32,000 bases of DNA. It comes from Bellilinea caldifistulae (lineage in GTDB: Bacteria; Chloroflexota; Anaerolineae; Anaerolineales; Anaerolineaceae). Where the stretch lies: the NCBI RefSeq assembly GCF_001306055.1, contig NZ_LGHJ01000024.1, forward strand, positions 60,001 through 92,000. Direction: 5' to 3'. A program made the translations under genes and the position numbers. A model generated the notes under the pieces. It saw nothing but the letters and a program-made list of their open reading frames with translations, did no database searches and was not told the DNA's origin. Shown piece by piece: positions 26,360 to 32,000 of the stretch (position 1 is the first letter of the stretch; each line of letters begins with the position of its first letter).

Positions 26360-27694
26360 TCAGGCAGCCTGTGCAGCCAGGCGATCCAGGTATTCTTTGA
26401 TCTGCGGCACGCCGGTCAATTTTTCGTAGAAAAAGTTGTTGACCAGATTGATGACCTCATCACGAGCGGCTTCTGCCTGTGGTGAAAGTTCCTGCCCCGG
26501 CACTTCATTGCCCAGAATACTGCGCAGTTTGAGCAGCATGCGCACGATTTCGGTTTCTTTTTCACCTTCCAGTACATCCACAACGGTAACAATCAGCCTG
26601 TCGGTTTCCGAAAGCAGGGTGTGGAGCGGCAGGCTGGAACCGGCGGTGAAAGTATCGTCAATGGTGCGGATCAATGACCAGACCTGATACAGAACGGTGG
26701 CGGGCTCGTCAAACAATTCACGCAGGTAGGCAGCCTCTTCGTATTTACCGGTCAGGCGGAAGATGTTGTACATGCGCTTGGCGGCTTTGCCGTAATTTGG
26801 CGAGGCAGTCACGTATTTGCGTACTTCTTTTTCCAGCGCGGCCACATAATCATCCAGTGCGTTGCTGTCCACCTGTTTGGCCAGTTTGGTGAAAATCGGG
26901 ATGGATTCGGCATCCAGATAGACTTCCTGAAAGTAGGGGTCGAGATACCCGTCCAGCGGGGTGATCTTGCCGTCCGGGGCTTCCCAGGTCACGTCGAGCA
27001 TGTTGCTGGCGTTGACAAGAGTCTGGTCAATTGGGTCGGCAATCACCCAGTCCAGCTTGCACCAGCCGGGATCGTGCGCGGCCTGTTCCCAGCCGATTTC
27101 AACCGGTTCGCCCTGGACAAAAGTATCTGAAAGCCGCCCGGCTTCAATCTCGGCTGGTGTCCAGGCAATGGGGCTGCCGGCTTTGTGCAGGCGTCCGTTG
27201 TGTTCTACATTCTGCGGGTAGGAGCCGAATTTGACCTCAATCAGTTGATAAGTGTCGCCGCGGGCTGTAGAGAGGGCTTTTTCGCGCATGATTTTTGCCA
27301 GCACACGGCAGGCTTCCTCGCGGGTGGGGGCTTTGATGTTGACCCGCTCGAAGAAATCGGCATCGCCGGGGTAGGACTGGATGCGCGACTGGGCGGCCGA
27401 GCCGGAAAGCGCCAGGGCGGTCTCGACCAGTCCGGGGACATCGGAAAATTCGACCAGTTTACCAACCCGCCGGAAGTAATCCAATCGCTCCGGGCTGAAA
27501 TCCAACAGGGTGATGCGGTGTCCGAAAACGCCCTGCCGCACGTCTATGGCGACATCGTCTTCTTTTCGCATGGAGCCCATTGCAGCCAGCCACTGCAAGG
27601 CCTCGCTTTCATCCAGTTCAACACCCATGCGCCGGGCTGATTCGATGATCTTTTTCAGGTTCTGGCTGGCACTTTCGGAAATTGAGTCATTCAT
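26360..27694 (-). CDS. Uncharacterised 444-aa soluble protein with a Pol-beta-superfamily nucleotidyltransferase-like signature (G-S-x11-D-x-D) and a helical C-terminal half
   Basis: Starts at ATG 27694. A strong AAGGAG (revcomp of 27703..27708) lies 8 nt upstream, embedded in the end of the exonuclease gene, and the intergenic gap is 5 nt. The sequence ETALALSGSAAQSRIQSYPGDADFFERVNI (G97-S98 ... D111-A112-D113) fits hG[GS]x9-13Dh[DE]h. Candidates for the third acidic residue are E153, D215 and D234. The K/R-rich helix YGKAAKRMYNIFRL lies in the C-terminal half. No TM segments. I could not assign a family by eye. Confidence 0.6.
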   Translation of the reverse strand: MNDSISESASQNLKKIIESARRMGVELDESEALQWLAAMGSMRKEDDVAIDVRQGVFGHRITLLDFSPERLDYFRRVGKLVEFSDVPGLVETALALSGSAAQSRIQSYPGDADFFERVNIKAPTREEACRVLAKIMREKALSTARGDTYQLIEVKFGSYPQNVEHNGRLHKAGSPIAWTPAEIEAGRLSDTFVQGEPVEIGWEQAAHDPGWCKLDWVIADPIDQTLVNASNMLDVTWEAPDGKITPLDGYLDPYFQEVYLDAESIPIFTKLAKQVDSNALDDYVAALEKEVRKYVTASPNYGKAAKRMYNIFRLTGKYEEAAYLRELFDEPATVLYQVWSLIRTIDDTFTAGSSLPLHTLLSETDRLIVTVVDVLEGEKETEIVRMLLKLRSILGNEVPGQELSPQAEAARDEVINLVNNFFYEKLTGVPQIKEYLDRLAAQAA

Positions 27695-27699
27695 CGCTT

Positions 27700-28302
27700 T
27701 TACTCCTTGGCAGAAACAGGATTGGATTGATCTCTTTCAAGCATGGCCAGCATGTTTTCGAAGAGGACTGCCTGATCGAGCGCATCTTGCAGGGCGTTGT
27801 GGGTCAGGCCATCTGCCTGACGGAAGAGGCGGTGCAGGTGGCTGCCGGATGTTTTCTCCCACGGCTGTCCGCTCAGTCCCATGTAAAAGGCTTTGATGTC
27901 GAGCGCTTTGTGGCCGAAGGGGTTTCGGCCCAGGTAGCGGATGAAGTAGGTGTGGACAAACATCCAGTCAAAGGGGGCATTGAAAGCCAGAAAAATGGGT
28001 TTGTGGGAAGGCGGTACAACCTGATGAACCCAGGTTTCGAATTTCAACAGGGCTTGTTCGGGGGGCAGACCGTTTTGACGCAGCGTTTCCATGCTCAAAC
28101 CATGGACAGCCGCGGCCTGCGGGTCAACTGCATCGCGATCGGGCCGGAGTTCCACATAAAAGGTTTGACGGGGCTGCACAACCGTGCAGGCGCCGATGGA
28201 AAGCAGGGCAAATTGATCGGGGGTCGGGCCGGCGGTTTCCACATCTACGCTGATGTAGGCGGGCATTTCGGCGCGTATATCACTCAGGGATTGATTGTTC
28301 AT
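27700..28302 (-). CDS. DEDDh-type 3'-5' exonuclease (DnaQ/epsilon-like exonuclease domain protein)
   Basis: Exo motifs: ISVDVETAG (Exo I, D-x-E), FNAPFDWMFV (Exo II) and HNALQDALD (Exo III, H-x4-D). The ORF-track start at 28338 is TTG with no SD. I prefer ATG 28302 (MNNQSLSDIRAEM), which puts Exo I about 19 aa from the N-terminus. AAGGAGG lies upstream of it but at a long 14-nt spacing, so the start remains uncertain (28302 or 28338). Confidence 0.82.
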   Translation of the reverse strand: MNNQSLSDIRAEMPAYISVDVETAGPTPDQFALLSIGACTVVQPRQTFYVELRPDRDAVDPQAAAVHGLSMETLRQNGLPPEQALLKFETWVHQVVPPSHKPIFLAFNAPFDWMFVHTYFIRYLGRNPFGHKALDIKAFYMGLSGQPWEKTSGSHLHRLFRQADGLTHNALQDALDQAVLFENMLAMLERDQSNPVSAKE

Positions 28303-28465
28303 GTCTGTCAGTATAACCTCCTTGCCGGTTAAATTCAATCATCTGGATTGTGGATGCCATTTTTTGAACCCCCGGTTTGGGATGAATCATCCTGCGTCCC
28401 TAACAGCCTTGCGGGAGACCGCCACGCTCGCCAGGGCGTTTACAAATGTTATGGCAGGGGCATTG

Positions 28466-29407
28466 TTATTGTTGTACCGGGCTGGGGTTTTGCAAAGGGG
28501 CGTTTGTCGGTTTCTGGCGGCTGATGTTGACCAGATAAATCCCGCTCAGTACGATGATGCCGCCGATCCATTGGGGGGGCAGCAGCGCTTCACTGGCCAG
28601 CGGAATGGCCATCAGGGCGGTCAACACCGGCTGGGCGATCATGGTCGGTGAAACCAGCGAGGCGGGTAAATGCCCGAGCGCGTAACCGACCGAGAAATAG
28701 CCGATCACCTGCGAAATCAATCCGGCGCCGAGGAAAGCCAGCAGGGTGGGGGTGGAATAACCCCACAACGGGTTGCCGAGCAACAGGTTGGCTGCCAGTA
28801 AAATCAGGCTGGCAACGACGGTTATGAGAAAGACATAGGTGAGGGTGGAAAAGCGGGCGCGTCCGCGCTGGGTGGTGAGGAAGTAGGCAGCGTAAAACAG
28901 ACTGGAAAGCACGGCTAACAGGTTGCCCTGATTCAACTGCGGGCGGGCGAGGAAGTCACTGCCCAGCACCAGCGCAGCCCCGCCAATTGCCATGACCAGC
29001 CCCAGCCAGAAGCGGGCCGAAAGACGCTCGCGCCAGATCAAAAAGGCAACCAGCGCCACCCACAGCGGGGCCAGGTTGTTCATCAAGGTGGCGTTGGCGA
29101 CCCGCGTAAAGTTGATGGCGGTTGCCCAGGTGGCATGATCGAGGGCGGTAAACAGCCCGCCTAAGAGCGGCAGGAACAGCCAGCGCCGCTCAATCCGGCG
29201 GGCCGAGACCGGCTGACGGAGAAAAATCACCAGAAATACCAGTGAGGCTACCGCCATGCGATAAAACGAGGTCACCGCACCGGGGGCATCTGCCCAGCGC
29301 ACAAACAGAGAGGACAGGCTGAGTGCCAGGATGCCGCTGACCAGCGCAAGGTAAGGGAGGATTTTCGGTTGATTCACGCAGGAGAGTCCACAGAGGAGGA
29401 TGACCAC
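28466..29407 (-). CDS. DMT superfamily transporter (two EamA domains, about 10 TM)
   Basis: 313-aa ORF with ten hydrophobic segments in an internally duplicated pattern. The ORF-track start at 29407 is GTG. An alternative GTG at 29377 forms a GTGA overlap with the stop of the upstream HAD gene. Neither candidate has an SD, so the start is uncertain. Confidence 0.8.
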   Translation of the reverse strand: MVILLCGLSCVNQPKILPYLALVSGILALSLSSLFVRWADAPGAVTSFYRMAVASLVFLVIFLRQPVSARRIERRWLFLPLLGGLFTALDHATWATAINFTRVANATLMNNLAPLWVALVAFLIWRERLSARFWLGLVMAIGGAALVLGSDFLARPQLNQGNLLAVLSSLFYAAYFLTTQRGRARFSTLTYVFLITVVASLILLAANLLLGNPLWGYSTPTLLAFLGAGLISQVIGYFSVGYALGHLPASLVSPTMIAQPVLTALMAIPLASEALLPPQWIGGIIVLSGIYLVNISRQKPTNAPLQNPSPVQQ

Positions 29408-30135
29408 GCCGCCAGCAAGGGCGGGATTTCCGCCAGACTGCTGACCACGGCGGATGGTTGAATGGTATCGAGATGGTCGCGGTTGTCGGGGGTGTCGGCC
29501 CGGCGGGTGATCCAGATGCTGCGCATGCCGATTTGATGAGCGCCCAGAACATCGGCGCCCAGCGTATCGCCGACCATTACGGCTTGCGGCGGACTGACGC
29601 CGAAGAAATCCAGCGCCAGCCGGAAGATGCGCGGGTGAGGTTTGCGAATGCCGACCTCGGCGGAGATGAGAATCTGCTCGAAGTAATTACGCAGGGCGGC
29701 TTTATCCACCAGCGTGTGGACATCCAGCGCATCGCTGGCGTTGGAGATCAACCCCAGCCGGTAGCCCTGCTCCAGCAGGCGGGTGAGGGTGGGATGGGTG
29801 TCTTCTTCGACCCGCCAGTGAGCCTGAGTGGTGGCGTAGAAATCATCCAGGGCGCGGCGCAGCAAACTCGGGGAGATGCTGTTCAAGCCGCTTTCGGCCA
29901 GCAGATCCCGCAGGATACGCTGGGTGGTGTATTCGATGAACTCCGTTTCGCGCTGACGGTAATACTCGAACATGCGCTGCTGAAAGCGGTTGGCAAATTC
30001 TTCGCGTGGCAGGTTCAGGCCGTGCTGGCGCAGGGTGTCGCATAAGGCGAGCGTGGCGCGCGGAATCACCTCCAGCCACGAGGCATCAAAATAAATCAGC
30101 GTGCTGCCGAGGTCAAACAGGACAACGCGAATCAT
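29374..30135 (-). CDS. HAD-superfamily hydrolase (subfamily IA-like) with a non-canonical motif I
   Basis: 253 aa starting at ATG 30135. Motif I reads VVLFDLGSTL, where the Asp+2 position is Gly. Motif II is GLISNASD, motif III is RKPHPRIF, and motif IV is MVGDTLGADVLGA. A helical cap lies between motifs I and II. Confidence 0.82.
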   Translation of the reverse strand: MIRVVLFDLGSTLIYFDASWLEVIPRATLALCDTLRQHGLNLPREEFANRFQQRMFEYYRQRETEFIEYTTQRILRDLLAESGLNSISPSLLRRALDDFYATTQAHWRVEEDTHPTLTRLLEQGYRLGLISNASDALDVHTLVDKAALRNYFEQILISAEVGIRKPHPRIFRLALDFFGVSPPQAVMVGDTLGADVLGAHQIGMRSIWITRRADTPDNRDHLDTIQPSAVVSSLAEIPPLLAAWSSSSVDSPA

Positions 30136-30154
30136 AAGCGGGGACGATCGTTTC

Positions 30155-31177
30155 TCAGTATCCCAGTTCGGGGTCGTACAGATTATACAGGATATTCCCG
30201 CTCAAGTAGCGTTTTAAATTCTCCAAAAACAAATCCATTGCCCGTTTGCTGTAATGGGCGCTGATACCGGAAATGTGCGGGGTGATGATGACATTCGGCA
30301 TTTTCCACAAGGGGCTGGAGGGGGGCAGCGGTTCTTCGGGGAAGACATCCAGCGCGGCGCCGGCGATGCGTTTTTCCTGTAAGGCGGCGATCAGGGCGGC
30401 GTGGTTGACAATTCCGCCACGGCTGACATCCACCAGAAAAGCAGACGGCTTCATGGCAGCCAGTTCGGCTTCGCCGATCAAACCGCGGGTTGCCGGGCTG
30501 AGCGGCAGGCAGACGACCACAAAATCACACTCTTTCAACATCGAACGCAAAGCCTGAATGGGATACAGACGGGTGAACAGGTCGCCGTTGGGGTCGCCCA
30601 GACCTTCGGGCGTGTAACCGTTATCTTCGGGGTGGCGCACATCGCGTTTGGCTGCCAGAATGCGGCTGCCAAAGGCATGCAGCAGACGGGCAACCTCGCG
30701 CCCGATACTGCCGTAGCCGACAATGCCGACCGTGCTTTCACGCAGTTCCACGGCGCGGAAACGCTCCCAGCGGTCTTTTGGCCATTCGGCACGCGCCTGA
30801 AAAGCCGCCAGTTCGGGGATTTTATGTCCCAGTGCCAGCAGCATGAGCAGGACATGTTCGGCAACCTGCGGGGCGGCTGCCCCGCTCAGGGTGGTGATCT
30901 GGATGTCCTTCTTGCCCATCAAGGGGTGGTCGGCCATGTGATCTACCCCGGCAAAGTGAAACTGCACCCAGCGCAGGTTGGGCACCCATGCCGGATCGGG
31001 CAGGATACGGTCGGTGTACAGGATTTCAACCTGTTTCCACAGGTCAAGGGGAATGTCCTCTGCGCTGCGCACCGTGTGGGTCATCAGGCGGATGCGCGGC
31101 GAAACCTGGATGACTCTTTCCGTCTGTTCGGGTGGAAACGAAACGGTAAACAGGGTGGGAATGGGGGTTGTGCTCAT
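30155..31177 (-). CDS. D-isomer-specific 2-hydroxyacid dehydrogenase (NAD-binding)
   Basis: 340 aa. The Rossmann motif is VGIVGYGSIGREVARLL. Catalytic-region motifs: VDVSRGGIV, LDVFPEEPLP and VIITPHISG. The start overlaps the stop of the upstream gene (ATGA at 31174..31177). Confidence 0.88.
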   Translation of the reverse strand: MSTTPIPTLFTVSFPPEQTERVIQVSPRIRLMTHTVRSAEDIPLDLWKQVEILYTDRILPDPAWVPNLRWVQFHFAGVDHMADHPLMGKKDIQITTLSGAAAPQVAEHVLLMLLALGHKIPELAAFQARAEWPKDRWERFRAVELRESTVGIVGYGSIGREVARLLHAFGSRILAAKRDVRHPEDNGYTPEGLGDPNGDLFTRLYPIQALRSMLKECDFVVVCLPLSPATRGLIGEAELAAMKPSAFLVDVSRGGIVNHAALIAALQEKRIAGAALDVFPEEPLPPSSPLWKMPNVIITPHISGISAHYSKRAMDLFLENLKRYLSGNILYNLYDPELGY

Positions 31178-31953
31178 GATCCTTTCAGGTAAATTCCTTG
31201 GGGGTCGAGTTCCTCGCGCAGGATGCGCAGTTCCTCTGCGGTGGGTGGCTCGGTGGTGAGCAGACGGGGGGCAGCCCGCAGCGGCCAGCCGGTGTTTTCC
31301 TGCGCCTGTTCGAAAGTGGCGCCGGGGTGCAGGGCGGTCAAAATCAACTCGCCGTTCTCGTCCGGCTCCAAAATGCCCAGGTTGGTGACGACCGCCTGCG
31401 GGCCTTTGCCGCGCACGCCGGTGGCTTCGCGTTCGGCACGCCCGCCCAGGAAGCCAGCCGAAGTGCGAAAGTCCACCCGCGCCGGAAAACGTCGCTTCTG
31501 GTGGGGGGTGATGATGTAACAGCGGTTTGCCCAGGCGGCGATTTCCATCGAGCCACCCGAACCGGGCAGGCGCACTTTGGGGCGGTGGTAATCGCCGATC
31601 ACCGTGGCGTTGATGTTTCCGTACTGGTCAATCTGCGCCCCGCCAAGAAAGCCGACATCCACGTAGCCGCGCTGCAAGTAGAGGCTGAAAATGTCGTACA
31701 TGCCGACCACCGAGCACGCCCCGGAGACGAGGGTGGGGTCGCCAATCGAAAGCGGCAGGCGCGAGGGGCGCGCCCCGATCACGCCGGCTTCGTAAATCAT
31801 CACCAGATGGGGAGCGTGGGTGCGCATGGCCAGATTGCAGGCCAGATTGGGCAGCCCCACGCCGACAAAAACCCGGTCGCCATCGCGCAGCAGGCGGGCG
31901 GCGTTGATGGTCATCAATTCGGAGGCGGTGTAGTTCATCTCAATAATCTCCAT
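31174..31953 (-). CDS. Family I CoA-transferase, subunit B (glutaconate / 3-oxoacid CoA-transferase beta-like)
   Basis: 259 aa starting at ATG 31953. Motifs: VFVGVGLPNLACNLA, GGAQIDQYGNINATVIG and LPGSGGSMEIA. The subunit A gene is expected upstream, to the right of the window. Only about 50-60 nt of an open minus-strand frame is visible there. Confidence 0.85.
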   Translation of the reverse strand: MEIIEMNYTASELMTINAARLLRDGDRVFVGVGLPNLACNLAMRTHAPHLVMIYEAGVIGARPSRLPLSIGDPTLVSGACSVVGMYDIFSLYLQRGYVDVGFLGGAQIDQYGNINATVIGDYHRPKVRLPGSGGSMEIAAWANRCYIITPHQKRRFPARVDFRTSAGFLGGRAEREATGVRGKGPQAVVTNLGILEPDENGELILTALHPGATFEQAQENTGWPLRAAPRLLTTEPPTAEELRILREELDPQGIYLKGS

Positions 31954-32000
31954 AATTGACAGGATGGCTGAGACGCGGGCGGACGTGCAGGCGGCGGTGG

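Noticed and set aside
27682-28332. 216-aa plus-strand ORF antisense to the exonuclease gene
   Set aside because: The minus-strand frame contains all three DEDDh exonuclease motifs. The plus-strand translation is Gly/Val/Gln-rich without motifs, as is typical of antisense shadow ORFs in GC-rich coding DNA.
30401-31959. Long plus-strand ORFs 30401..31192 (263 aa) and 31198..31959 (253 aa)
   Set aside because: They are antisense to the clearly recognisable 2-hydroxyacid dehydrogenase and CoA-transferase B genes. Their translations are low-complexity (G/A/R/Q-rich), so they are shadow ORFs.
31935-32000. Possible 3' end of a CoA-transferase subunit A gene on the minus strand
   Set aside because: Two minus-strand frames are open to the window edge and stop at 31935 and 31940. 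Only about 20 codons are visible and contain no diagnostic motif, so the frame cannot be chosen. I did not report it as a feature.
1-32000. Search for CRISPR arrays, tRNA/rRNA genes, IS elements, integrases, long direct or inverted repeats and prophage genes
   Set aside because: I noticed no repeat-spacer periodicity, no tRNA-like T-loop or acceptor context outside coding regions, and no transposase- or integrase-like ORFs. The intergenic regions are short, at most about 190 nt. A visual scan cannot exclude short or degenerate elements.

Overview
Densely coding bacterial chromosomal segment with about 27 protein genes. I found no rRNA, tRNA, CRISPR array, transposase or integrase by eye. Composition is moderately GC-rich: hand counts of single 60-nt lines give about 65% in typical genes. 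It dips to about 40-48% between roughly 6.1 and 7.9 kb.

Gene order, left to right:
- (-) SLC13-type permease with RCK_C domains, partial and missed by the ORF track because it runs off the window.
- (+) RACo-like [2Fe-2S]/ASKHA corrinoid activator, translationally coupled to a stand-alone homocysteine S-methyltransferase domain, then a 573-aa polytopic membrane protein.
- Small membrane protein, bidirectional terminator, and a (-) M23 peptidase.
- (+) ArsR-type regulator and MFS transporter pair.
- (-) Four-gene string: type III PLP decarboxylase, GT2 polyprenyl-phosphate-type glycosyltransferase, 665-aa polytopic membrane protein, LPG_synthase_TM flippase-like protein.
- Divergent (+) GH99-like lipoprotein and metallophosphoesterase.
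- Class II fructose-bisphosphate aldolase.
- TPR/WD40 membrane protein and a 7TM hybrid histidine kinase.
- FGGY sugar kinase and an SBP-PAS-GAF-HD-GYP sensor phosphodiesterase.
- (-) String: CoA-transferase subunit B, D-2-hydroxyacid dehydrogenase, HAD hydrolase, EamA transporter, then a tightly coupled DEDDh exonuclease plus a 444-aa uncharacterised protein.

That last pair (26360-28338) is my best candidate for an undescribed system. The 444-aa protein carries a Pol-beta nucleotidyltransferase-like G-S-x11-D-x-D signature. The second candidate is the decarboxylase/GT2/membrane/flippase-like operon with its divergent GH99-like lipoprotein (9371-16384).

All functional calls come from motif recognition by eye on the translated ORFs. 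No database search was possible. The ORF track uses alternative start codons, so several ORF-track starts were trimmed to better-supported internal starts.
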